From: Squalus acanthias
Lineage: Eukaryota
Direction: 5' to 3'
DNA: 64,000 nt
Assembly: GCA_030390025.1 (NCBI GenBank)
Contig: CM059432.1
Coordinates: 50,346,001 to 50,410,000, forward strand
Both the position numbers and the translations under genes were made by a program. Numbering within the stretch: position 1 is the first letter of the stretch; each line of letters opens with the position of its first letter. Under the pieces are notes generated by a model that was given only the letters and a program-made list of their open reading frames with translations, made no database searches and had not been told where the DNA came from. This document shows, piece after piece, positions 52,651 through 64,000 of this stretch.

Positions 52651-52805
52651 GGGGATGAAATTCAACTTCGATGGGGGCAGAAAACAAGCAGTAGTGAATC
52701 AGCCGGCCGTTATTCATCCCGCCCGAGTACCAGGCAGGGTGTGTAATGGACAGCCAATTTACTACTGCTTGTTTTGTGTCCGTGCCAAAGTTAAATTTCA
52801 CCCCC
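52651..52805. mobile_element. Fold-back MITE (~155 bp)
   Basis: GGGGATGAAATTCAACTT / AAGTTAAATTTCACCCCC termini plus inner arms AAAACAAGCAGTAGT / ACTACTGCTTGTTTT. Confidence 0.78.
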
Positions 52806-52847
52806 AGTGACTAGTGTGTAAATCATCTCAAGTCATCTAAAACTCAT

Positions 52848-54330
52848 AGGGGGAGAAATTCATGTGGCTTGCATCACACATTAGCGCCATGGCACTAAAA
52901 TGCCGTTGACAGCTGTAATAACAGCTGATGCCAGTTCCAGCGGCACACGCCATGTCGGTGGTGCCGGTAGCACTGCCGGTAACCTCACTCGCCAGGGAGC
53001 TCGCCATCATGGAGATTGTGACATCAGTGAGTGCGCATCGCTCATTGGACGTCCAATCTCCAACATTGGATTTAGCCACTTACCTTAATGGCAGCGCAGA
53101 ACAACGACAGGGAGAGCTGGCGTCTACAAGCAGAGAGCAGGCTGCAGTAGCAATATTTAAAGGCACCATCCCCAATCAGCTGTACCTAACAGGGATTTAC
53201 AGTTTCAGTGCCTATTTGCTACTTCCTGCAACTGAAACAGCTCTCTTTAGTTATTTCAAGTTTTTTTGGTGACAGGGATTGTTCATTCAAGTGCAGAAGT
53301 CACTCATTATTTGTTAAAGGCTTCTGCTCACAACAATTTCTCACAGTCATGGGGGCTGCGGGATTGCAGGATTACCCCAGTGGAGGATGAGGAGGAAGAG
53401 AATGAGGAGGAGGAGGAGGAGGAGGAGGATGAGGAGGAAGAGGAGGAGGAGGAGGAGGAAGAGGACGAGGAGAAGGAGGAACAGGAGAGAGGGCGGAGGC
53501 AGCGAGACAATTGGCCTTCTGGACGGGCTCATCAGACTCCGATTCACATGAATGAAACCCCAGATCCCTGTAGCTCACCACATCCCCATCATACATCCCT
53601 GTCTCATGGCGTATCACAGTGTCCTCCTGGGCGCAAAGGTGAAATGATAGAGACCACAAAATATTCCAAACACCATTAATAAATGTATCTATAAATATAT
53701 CACACATATGACATGAATTCTAACAACTAATGACCCTTGTGCCTGCCATAGTTGAATAGCTGTCATTGTGTGCAAGGTGTGAGATGTGGGTGTGAGTGTT
53801 GCTAGGTAGAGATTGCTGGTGGGTGAGTGCTGGGAGTGTGGTACATTGAGCAGTGTGTGAAGCTTGTGGTACAGATGGTGGTATGTAGCATTTGTTGAAA
53901 CCTTTACTCACCCTGACCACCAGTGTGAGCTCGTTAAACTTCCTCCTGCACAGGGTGTGGGACCTGGGGACCACAGTGCTGCCCGTGACGTGGTGTGCCA
54001 CCTCCCTCCACATAATCCAACAGACTTGTGGCGAGGGCCTCCTACCAGTTGGTACAGGACCGCCTGCCTTCTCTCCACCGCTAAAACCAATGCCTCCAAA
54101 GCTTCCTCGGAAAACCCCCGGGCTCTCTTCCTGGGGTGGCAATCTGCCATCAGCATTTGTAAATAAGTGCTTCTTCTCTTTGTCCTTCTTCTTATGGTTG
54201 TTGAGACAGCTGTACACACAACAATGCTGAGAATGAGGTGCTGCAGCATCAATAGGCCTCCCCTTTAAGTAGTGAAAAAAGCCTGTGGCAATCATTACTT
54301 GCATTTAGACTACACCCAAAATTGGTCCAT
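52848..54330. mobile_element. Internally deleted Harbinger: acidic transposase tail (+) and Myb exon 1 (-)
   Basis: 53360-53570 matches 59925-60075 with an expanded (GAG)n tract. The minus strand reads RKRARGFSEEALEALVLAVERRQAVLY...CRRKFNELT. Confidence 0.78.
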
Positions 54331-54488
54331 CTTTTCAGTGTAACGCCAATGAACTTAGACTAGAATCATGACTGCAAACATTTTAATGAGGAGTGAGGAC
54401 GAATTTTGTGTGCAGTCTAGATGATTTTCAACTGGCTCTACTTAACTATTTTTAGTCTAAACACCGTCCATTCCTTGACTATAACAAA

Positions 54489-54777
54489 TTTCTGTTTCAG
54501 GTTCCTTGTATCATCACTCTCACCCTCCCTCGCCACACAATGCATGATATTAAATTACTTGTTGGCCTCACACAAAATGACTCAAGTTATTGTCTGGACA
54601 ATACAAGTTTCTAAAAAATTTTATTGTACTTCCTGCTGCGACAGATGTTCACTATGTAATGGGCTTGCAGCATCCCATTCATCCAAAAAGTACATAAATA
54701 GACGTGAAGTGTCAAACCATATTATCTCATTACCTTTACTTTAATGTTGTTATCTCTAAGGATAACAGCAGTGTTAA
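54489..54777 (+). repeat. Local direct duplication, copy 2
   Basis: Matches 51727-52060 but lacks the ~50 bp present at about 51902-51950. Confidence 0.9.
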
Positions 54778-54789
54778 GGAATAATAATA

Positions 54790-56010
54790 TCCAGAATTAG
54801 ACGAGCGCAGAGATCTCGGAGGGTTGTAGGTGTCAAGGAGATTACAGAGATAGCGAGGGGAAAGGCCATGGAGGGATTTGAAAATAAGGATGAGAATTTT
54901 AAAATTGAGGCATTGCCAGACCTGGACCTCGAGCACAGAGGTGATGGGTGAATGGGACTTGGTGCGAGTTAGGACACGGGCAGCAGAGATTTGGATGAGC
55001 TAAAGTTGATGAAGAGTGCAAGGTGGAATGCCGGCCATCAGTGCATTGGAAAAGTCCAATCTAGAGGTAACAAAGGCATGGATGAGGGTTTCAGCAGCAG
55101 ATGAGCTGAGGCAGAGGCGGAGATGGGCAGTGTTATGGAGGTGGAAGTAGGTGGTCTTGGTGATGCAGAGGATACGTGGTTGGGACTCAGCTCAGAGTCA
55201 AATAAGATGCCAGGATTGTGAACGGTCTGATTCAGCCTCATACAATGGCTAGGGAGAACGATGGAGCTGGTGGCTAGGGAACGGAGACATTGGCCGGGAT
55301 TTTCCCGTTTCCCACCCGCACGGTGCGGGGGGACCCGGGCGATGTTCGGGTTTCCCGGCACGCTGTGGAACTCCACAGCGTACGTGCGACATAAAGGGTG
55401 GGTTGTCTGCCCAGAAGCCAGCCTGGTTGACAGGCTGGCTTCCAGTCGGGTGGGGAAAGCGGACCAGGTAGCGGCAGACGGTCCGATCCCCAACCCTGGG
55501 GCTGAGTCGCAATCCCGGGGGTGTTCCAAGCCCGGGGGGGGGAACGTCCAATCCCGACCCCGGAGCGGGGGTCCGATCCCCGACCCCAGGGGGGTGCGGG
55601 CTGCTGGTGGGGGATCTTGGGGAGCCAGGAGGAAGCAATCCTGCTCCTCCTGGCCCAGAAGGATTGCTCCCCGAAGCTGTGACCGCCTCATTGCAGCTAC
55701 CAGGAGTCCCGTGGCCCGGGATCCCCAGCCGCCTGCAATAAAACCTGCAAAGCAGGTTAAAGTAAAGGCTTCAGGCCTCATTTTAATAGCTAAAATACCA
55801 ACCCGCCTCCTGGCAGTGTGTTGGCTGCCCATCCCCTGTCCTGCATGAGTGAAAGGTGAAAGTGCGCAGGTTGGAGGTGGGCTGGGGTCGGGTTTTAGAT
55901 TTTTACAACTTTCACTTCCCACCCTTTTTCTCCTGTGAAAATTCTGGCCGCTGTCTTCCCAATATTTAATTGGAGGAAGTTTCTGCTCATCCAATACTGG
56001 ATATCGGACA
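54790..56010 (-). mobile_element. L2 LINE fragment split by a MITE
   Basis: FKILILIFKSLHGLSPRYL...RSLRSS; homologous to 10580-11040. Confidence 0.8.
55292..55949. mobile_element. GC-rich Harbinger-type MITE
   Basis: TIRs GGCCGGGATTTTC / GAAAATTCTGGCC; interrupts the L2. Confidence 0.72.
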
Positions 56011-56102
56011 ATATCCAATTCATGTTACTCTTCCTCCCACCTCAGTTACACTTCCAGCACCATAGATTATGATGTGGCAGCTAAATATCAAAAAAAATGA
56101 AT

Positions 56103-58360
56103 GGGACTAAATTGGATAGCCCCCGAAAATGGGTGTGGGGATTGTGATGCACGATTAGCCCACATCCTTTAAATGTGATGCAGGCAGCACACCAACTTTG
56201 TGCTGTCTGCTCATTTCCATGAGTGTAGCATGCAGCCAGTGCTAACCAGGTTGTTCATTGGCTGCACGCATCAGCAGGGGTCCCAAAATTGTTACTTGCT
56301 AGCACCAGTTAAAACTAGCCTGCACTGCTTAAAGCCAGTCTGCACCTCTTAAAGGGAAGGTGCATTGTGGTGGAGCAGGTGGTGGAAGTTGTTGTACAAC
56401 TCATTCTGATGTGGAAAAGACTCAATAATGGTGCAACATGGGAGAGAGCGGGCTCCATGGTTCTCAGACGCTGCACTGGAGGCCTTGGTGGAGGAGGTGG
56501 AAAGGAGTAGAGATGTCCTGTATCTGCAGGGGGCTAGGAGGCCCTCCAGACAAATGCTCAGAAGGCAGAGGGAGCAGATAGCCGTGTCGGTCAATGCTAG
56601 GAGTCAAGCCCCGAGGACCTGGATGCAGTGCCGAAAAAATTTCAGTGTCCTCACATGAGTGGTCAAGGTCAGTGAATTCATCTTGAAGTGCCATATCCCA
56701 CCAAATGCAGTACTAGCCTCAGCCACTGCTGAATGCACCACACCCCCATCACTCACCTACCAACAATCCCTATCAAGCAAGACTCCTACCTAACATTCAT
56801 AGCTTCACCTCACCTTCACACACTTAGCACTGCTGCAAGCCTCATGCCCACATCTCACAGCTTGCACACACTGCCAGCTATTCAACCATGGCAGCTACAT
56901 CACCCAAGCAGATTGCACGACACTCACTGACACACTTCCCTCTCTCTTGCAGGACAAGGGAGTGCACAGCAACCAGAGGCAACAGGACCTAACCGGCGGG
57001 GGACAGGTGTGCCTGTATGCCCTTACCCCCATGGAGGAGACGGTGCTCGCCATCATTGGAATGGCCATTGCTGAGGCCTTGGCCAGCGGCAGGACTGAAA
57101 CCATTGAAGATGGTTTCCTCATACCTAACCCTCCTTCTCACATCCCATTTCACCCTCATCCCACAATCTCTTCTGATTTACAAGCTGCAGATGGTGTAAG
57201 CATTCTTGCTTTACCCCCTTCCCCTCACCACAACCTTACCCTTGTGCCTTTCTCCGTTCATGATTCAAAGCCTATGTTTGTACACAAGCTGGAATTTGAA
57301 GGAGTGGAATCCCTTTAGGTTGTGATATGTCTCAGAGTTGGAATGCGGTGCCCGCAAAGCGAAGTGCATGCAGTCAATGGCACCCTGCACCATGAGCAAG
57401 CCTGCAATCCTAGCGAACCCGCCTGCTGCTCTCTGACAAGAGAGAATGAAATGTAGTCAGCTCTCTTTGAATATAGAACCTCAGTGACCTCCCTTATGCC
57501 ACCTTCCAGCCTGGAAGGACCATGATGCATAAAAGTTCATTGCCACGGTCACCTTCACAGCCATTGGCAATGCGGTCCTTGCCCTGCTCTGAGGTTGCAG
57601 TTGTGGCTGCAACAGGTGGCAGATTTCAGTGAGGACGTCCTTACTGAAGCGCAGACGTCTCACGAATTGTTCCTCATTGTAGTTCAGGTTGGAGAATTGT
57701 TCCCTGAACACCCTGGGTGGTTGTGGCCTCCTACTGTGAGCCCTTCTCCCCGTCCTCCTCTTCCCTCTTCCAGGAGCTTGTCCTGCTCTGCATGGCCTCT
57801 ATTCATTCTCCAAGTCATGCTGTATTCCAAGGGGAATTCCTACTAGTGCACCCATGTCTGGGAGCAACTGGCTTGTGCAGAAGCCTTGAAGTCAAGAAAA
57901 AGTCCTTCAGCCCCTGCCACACCACTCCCTGTAGACTTTAGCAACTTTAGAGAAAGTATCAAATGCTCATACAATCGTAGCAACAGCCAGCAGAAATCAA
58001 TCAGCAACTAACCTGTAAGTAGTTGATGATCCCTTTAAATAGCGCTGGTGGCGGTTCTTCCTGCTGTTGAACGCGTGTTCAGTTGTGCGAGTTTAAGAGA
58101 GGGCGTCAGCTGGAGCGTTGAACTCCAATCTGGCAGCGCTGGCGTCAAATCAACGATGCACGCTAATTGACATCATGATCTGCCTACTCTGCATACTTCC
58201 AGCAGATGTTAACTGTGCGCGCGCGCAACACCCTCACCAATATGCCGTCCCTGACGACTCACACCTGAAGTGTGCGCACACACCACAGACACCATTTTGG
58301 ATCTCTAAGGGCACTCATAGCACGCAAAAAACGGGCGCTATGGATCAGAATTTTGTGCCC
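56103..58360. mobile_element. Internally deleted Harbinger with convergent Myb gene (+) and transposase 5' part (-)
   Basis: Myb RERAPWFSDAALEALVEEVE...RTWMQCRKNF (56428) and transposase RRLRFSKDVLTEICHLL...FYASWSFQ (57481-57711). Ends AATTTTGTGCCC followed by TAA. Confidence 0.85.
56428..57112 (+). pseudogene. Harbinger Myb/SANT-like gene, exons 1-2
   Basis: Exon 56428-56667, GT..AG intron 56668-56952, exon 56953-57112 with TGGG motif; in-frame TGA at 56656. Confidence 0.78.
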
Positions 58361-58512
58361 TAAAACTTTCAAGAAAGGATTCACATAAAAACAAATCAGC
58401 AGTAGACCAATGCTGTACCATATATTACTTCCAGAAAAATTGCAGCTTCCAATTGTTCAACAGATACACCAGACAACTTTCATACATTGATCTGAACAAG
58501 GAGATTCTGTTA

Positions 58513-58646
58513 CAAAAAGAAAATACTGCAGATGCTGGAAATCTGAAATAAAAACAGAAAATGCTGGAGAAACTCAGCAGGTCAGGCAGCATCTGTGAAG
58601 AGAGAAACAGAGTTAACGTTTCAGGTCGATGACCTTTCGTCAGAAC
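58513..58646 (-). mobile_element. Penelope-like element terminal fragment
   Basis: Near-identical to 43124-43254. Confidence 0.72.
58612..58646 (-). ncRNA. Minimal type I hammerhead ribozyme motif
   Basis: GUU-CUGACGA-A-AGGUCAUCGACCU-GAAAC-GUU/AAC, with the same core as the 43218 copy. Confidence 0.68.
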
Positions 58647-59689
58647 AGATTCTGTTGACATTTATTGGCTGAAAAGATACTGTAATTCCACAATTACCTT
58701 ACTGTCCTACTGCTATTTGCAGTAAGGGATAGAACTCGATTCATAAACTTTGCTTTAAATATTCTGACTGCATTTGCAGTATCAGTGACACCATGATTGC
58801 TGGGCTAGTCTAATCAACATTTCCTATGATGGTGTCATCTTTCCCTTTTGTCACTTACGTGACTACTTCAAGTTACCATTTGCAAGCATCATTCTCTCTC
58901 TTTTTTTAGTACCTGAAAACACAGTTATGCAGTGTTCATTTTACTAGTTTAATGTTATTCTATTCACTTTCTTTCAGTGGGCTGCTTTTGTGTCATTGAA
59001 TAGACAGCTATTTGAGTTAAACTGTTTTGTTGTAAGGGCGAAGAGTTAATAAACCAAAGTGTCATTTCAACAAAAGGAAGAACTGCCTTCGAGGTGATAC
59101 CATGCCAACTCCTTTTTGATATGATTGCAGTGGATTTTTTTCCACATGACAACTTAAAGCAATGCTTTTCTAATGTCGCTGAACATAATTATACATCAAT
59201 GCAAAATGACCTAAACTATTACTAAACCTGTCATCATGATGTCAGAACACCATGTTTGAGCTTCAATGCAAATTGCACCTGACAGTATTTTTATTGTAAA
59301 GGAATAACTTCTGCATCCACAGCATTTATTTTTCTGGTGTGCGATGTATTCATTGTTGTTCGCCTGGTGTAACTGCTGCCTCTTCTATCTCACCATCAAA
59401 TTTTAAAGCTGAATGCCAGCGTTTGCTATTTCAAGGCCTTTCAATTTCTACATGTGACAAATGCATTTTTACTGTTCCTAAGATTATCTTGATTAAACAA
59501 TCATAGAAATAGTTTTATTCATGGCTGTTTTGTGTAAATATATATTGCATTTGTGGAATGTTGTTTGCCAGTTAGGCTTTTCAACAAGCTGCCTGTTTGT
59601 GTTACACAACAGTTTCCTTTTTGAAACTTTTGCCACTGTTAGTCCATACCACCTGTGACATGTGGGCCATGAAATTCAACCCCATATCA

Positions 59690-61640
59690 TCGGTAGTTTT
59701 GGCCTGGCATCAAGCAGATCATCGTGGTGGTCTGCTGCATCCTCCACAACTTGGCCATCATGTGGACACAGCCCTTGCCACCACAGAACATCATCGAGCA
59801 GACCATCGGCCTACTGAAGCAACGGTTCTGCTGCCTTGGCCGCTCGGGAGGAGCCCTCCAGTACTCGCCAGAGCGGGTGTCCCATTTCGTGGTGGTCTGC
59901 TGCATGCTTCACAACTTGGCCATCAGGGATTGCAGGACCACCTCAGGAGGAGGACAAGGGAAAGGATGAGGACGAGGATGAGGGAGAGAGGAGGCAGCCA
60001 GACAATCGGTCTTCCAGACGGGTGGTCCATGACTGGCTCATCAGACTCCAATTCGAATGAAACCCCAGATCCCCATCATACCATCCCTGTCGCAAGCCAT
60101 ATCACAGCGCTCTCCTGGGCACTAAGCTGAATTGAGAGACACCACAACAGATTCCAAATACAATTAATAAATTTATCTTTACACATATCACACATATTAC
60201 ATCAACACTATTAACTAATCACCCTTGTGCAATCCCTGAGTGCCTGTCGCTCGTGTGCCTTTTCCGACTCTAGTGCTTTTACGCAGTGCGCCCCCAGTGG
60301 CTGCGGCATGGCTGGTGGAAGGCTGCTGAGTTTCCGTGCGGGAGACTGTAGATGGCCTTGCAGGACAACCTCGACTAGCTCTGGACCTAAAAGGCCTGGC
60401 TGTAGACTGCACCACCTCGGCTTGTGCAGCAGCAGTCTGGGCTGGCTGGATGACAGGCAGCGACAAGGGCAATGGCGGAGTGGCAGTGGTGGGAGCAGAA
60501 ATGCTATCATCCTGAGAGAGGACAGCAGGTTCCTGCTCCACAGACCCACTGCCACTCCCCTGGGGCGGCACCTCAGCATTCCGAGCAATCTGTTGGAGCA
60601 CAGATTGCTGGCCTGCTGCAACACAGTGAAAGCCCGGGTCAGTGGTGGTAGACCCAGCCACAATGGCAGCAGTCAGAGCTTGGGTGGCATCATGCTGAGA
60701 CTGCATGAGAGCAGCCAGAGCTTGGATGCCACCAAGCAGAGACTGCATGAGAGCATGAGAACATGGGTCACTTCCGCCTGTGCTGCAATGAAAGCTGCGA
60801 CATCACTCATCATGCACGCCATCACGTCTGGGTCACCATGGTCTCTCTGGGAGTGTACCATCATTTGCAGACTGGAAATGATGGCCTCCATGCTCTGCAC
60901 AGAGCATTGTGCAATTTTGGTGGTGGACTCCTCCACGCTCCTTGCCATTGCCGAGAGGCTCTCTGGCAGCCTTGCCATTGCACCTATCATTTCCATGTGC
61001 ATGCCCATCACCCTTCTTCTAACAGCCTCCCCATCAAGGTCCTCATCTGAGTCCTGTGGAGCAGAACTCGCGCGCGAACACGTCCTCCCGGGAGCTGGCC
61101 CCCGAGTTACACTTTCCCCCTGGTCTTGCTGCAGCCCACTCGTCCCCGGTGCCTCACCCTGTGCAGATCCCGCTACTATACTCGCCTCTAAAGAATGCAA
61201 AGTGCCATTATCTGAGCTGGTGCTTGTGGGTGAGACATGCAGTGACGCGGTGTCTTCTTCCTCCACCTCTTCTCCCCGCTGCGGTGCCCTCAGGGACAGG
61301 CTGCTCGGGTGCTTGCTGATTATCTGAAAGCAGAAAGGCACAAGAGTCGGGTTAAGGTGAAGGGAGGGGGGCAGCAAGGCAAAAATGCATGCATACAGCA
61401 TGAGTAGCTTGAAAGTGAGAAAAGATTGTGGGCTGAGGGGGAAGTGGGATAATGAGAAGAAGGACTAGGAATGAACATACCGTTGTTGTCTCCAAGGGGG
61501 TCAACGTTGCCGGTGGCCACGGTGGACACAACCTGGTGCCCAATGATCTCCAGCACTCTACTCTCCAGCTGGCTCAGCTGTTCAATGTGGGCTTGGCCCC
61601 CGCCTGTCCGCTTCTGCTCCCTTCCGTTGTGAGCCACCTT
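59690..61640. mobile_element. Harbinger interior: transposase C-terminus (+) and Myb gene exons 2-3 (-), truncated by CR1
   Basis: IIEQTIGLLKQRFCCLGRSGGALQYSPERVSHFVVVCCMLHNLA on +. On -, VAHNGREQKRTGGG exon 61481-61640, intron 61324-61480 and a long frameshifted exon to 60215. Poly(A) signals for both strands lie at about 60165-60210. Confidence 0.85.
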
Positions 61641-64000
61641 GTCATAGAGTTATACAGCACAGAAAGAGGCCCTTCGGCCCATCGTGTCCGCGCCGGCCAT
61701 CAAGCCCTATCTATTCTAATCCCATTTTCCAGCACTTGGTCTGTAGCCTTGTATGCTATGGCGTTTCAAGTGCTCATCTAAATGCTTCTTGAAATTTGTG
61801 AGGGTTCCTGCCTCTACCACCCTTTCAAGCAGTGAGTTCCAGATTCCAACCACCCTCTGGGTGAAAAAGTTTTTCCTCAAATCCCCTCTAAACCACCTGC
61901 CCCTTAACTTGAAACTATGCCCCCTGGTTATTGACCCCTCTACTAAGAGGAAAAGTTCCTTTCTATCTACCCTATCTATGCCCCTCATAATTTTGTACAC
62001 CTCAATCAGGTCCCCCCCCTCAGCCTTCTCTGCTCTAAGGAAAACAACCCCAGCCTGTCCAGTCTCTCTTCATAGCTGAAGCCCTCCAGCCCAGGTAACA
62101 TCCTGGTAAATCTCCTCTGCACCCTCTCCAATGCAATCACATCCTTCCTATAGTGTGGCGACCAGAACTGCACACAGTATTCCAGCTGTGGCCTAACCTG
62201 CGTTTTGTACAGCTTCATCATAACCTCCCTGCTCTTACATTCTATGCCTCGGCTAATGAAGGCAAGTATCCCATATGCCATTTTAACCACCTTATCTATC
62301 TGACCTGCTGCCTTCAGGGATCTATGTACATGCACACCAAGGTCCCTCTGATCCTCTGTCCTTCCTCGGGTCCTACCATTCATTGTGTCTTCCCTTGCCT
62401 TGTTAGTCCTCCCAAAATGCATCACCTCACACTTTTCAGGGTTAAATTCCATTTGCCACTGTTCTGCCCATCTAACCAACCCGTCTATATCGTCCTGTAG
62501 CCTGAGGCTTCCCTCCTCGCTATTTACCACTCCACCAATTTTCGTGTCATCTGCGAACTTACTGATCATACCTCCTACATTCATATCTAAATCATTACAC
62601 TACAAACAGCAAAGGACCCAGCACCGATCCCTGCGGTACACCACTGGACACAGGCTTCCAGTCACAAAAACAACCTTCGACCATCACCGTCTGCCTCCTG
62701 CCACTAAGCCAATTTTGGATCCAATGTGCCAAATTGCCCTGGATCCCATGGGCTCTTACCTTCTTGACCAGTCTCCCATGTGGGACTTTGTCAAAAGCCT
62801 TACTGAAGTCCATGTAGACTACATCAACTGCACTACCCTCATCCACACACCTAGTCACCCCCTCGCAAAATTCAATCAAATTGGTTAGACATGATCTCCC
62901 CCTGACAAAGCCATGCTGACTATTCTTGATTAATCCTTGCCTCTCCAAGTGGAGACTAATTCTGTCCCTCAGAATTTTTTCCAATAATTTCCCTACCACT
63001 GATGTTTGGCTCACTGGCCTGTAATTCCCTGGTTTATCCCTACTACCCTTCTTGAATAATGGTACTATGTTAGCTGTTCTCCCCTGTGGCCAGAGAGGTT
63101 CTGAAAGTTTGTGTCAGAGCCCCTGCAATCTCCTCCCTTGCCTCACACAGCAGCCTGGGATACATCTCATCTGGGCCTGGGGATTTATTCACTTTTAAGC
63201 CCGTTAAAACCGCCAGTACCTCCTCCCTCTCAATACTAATTTGTTCAAGTATATCACAATCCCCCTGCCTGATTTCTATGCCTACATCGTCCTTCTCCAT
63301 AGTGAACACAGATGCAAAATATTCATTTAAAACCTCACCTACATCTTCCGGCTCATCACACAGATTGCCACTTTGGTCCGTAATGGGCCCTACTCTTTCC
63401 CTGGTTATCCTCTTGCTCTTAATATACTTATAAAACACCTTGGGATTTTCCTTTATTTTGCCTGCCAGTGTTTTTTCATGCCCCCTCTTCACTCTCCTAA
63501 TTTCTTTTTTAAGTACCCCCTTGCACTTTCTATACTCCTCTAGGGCTTCCACTGTTTTTAGTCCTTTGTATCTGCCAAAAGCCTCCCTTTTTTTCCTAAT
63601 CCATTCTTGTATATCCCTTGATATCCAGGGTTCCCTGTTCTTGTTGGTCCCCCCCTTGACCTGTACGGGAACATGTTGGCATTGTACTCTCTCTATTTCC
63701 TTTCTGAAAGACTCCCACTGCTCTGATGTGGATTTTCCTACAAAAAGCTGGTCCCAGTCCACTTTGGCCAGATCCTGCCTTATCATATTAAAATCACCCT
63801 TCCCCCAATTTAGAACCTTTATTTCCGATCCATCTTTGTCCTTTTCCATGACTACCTTAAATCTCACCAAATGATGGTCACTGTCACCAAAATGCTCTCC
63901 TACTGACACTTCTACTACTTGCCCGGCTACATTCCCTAGAATTAGGTCCAGCACCGCCCCCTCTCTTGTAGGACTTTCTACATGCTGGCTGAAAAAGCTC
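61641..64000 (-). mobile_element. CR1 ORF2 and 3' UTR (runs off window end)
   Basis: [35 protein letters not shown] and AGKWD across frameshifted ORFs. Confidence 0.95.

Noticed and set aside
55038..56018. 326-aa and 195-aa ORFs
   Set aside because: They span an L2/MITE junction and stay open because the GC-rich MITE lacks stop codons.
60227..61327. 366-aa plus-strand ORF
   Set aside because: It is antisense to the Harbinger Myb exon 3 in GC-rich sequence and has no recognisable motif.

Overview
This is eukaryotic, repeat-dominated genomic DNA, most likely intronic or intergenic sequence of a cartilaginous fish (inferred from the repeat families). No host protein-coding gene can be supported, and almost every ORF in the track is a transposon fragment or its antisense. 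The window holds about ten CR1 LINE copies, one of them near full length (zinc-finger/SGNH-esterase ORF1 plus a disrupted EN-RT ORF2), along with L2 3' ends and a Deu-domain SINE. A second LINE family has a tRNA-like head and a matching SINE. There are many decayed PIF/Harbinger transposons (DDE transposase plus Myb/SANT gene) and their MITEs, and short Penelope-like fragments carrying minimal hammerhead ribozyme motifs. Three related 1.3-1.7 kb solo LTRs are also present. The most interesting signals are: (i) the LTRs share a splice-donor-like motif, AATAAA and a covarying T-arm/B-box-like hairpin, and two have the same GGAC target-site duplication; (ii) the hammerhead motifs; (iii) the tRNA-headed LINE/SINE pair with no apparent ORF1; (iv) a perfect 72-bp inverted duplication of non-repeat DNA and a self-inverted SINE. 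All coordinates and similarities were read by eye, and boundaries of old elements are approximate.
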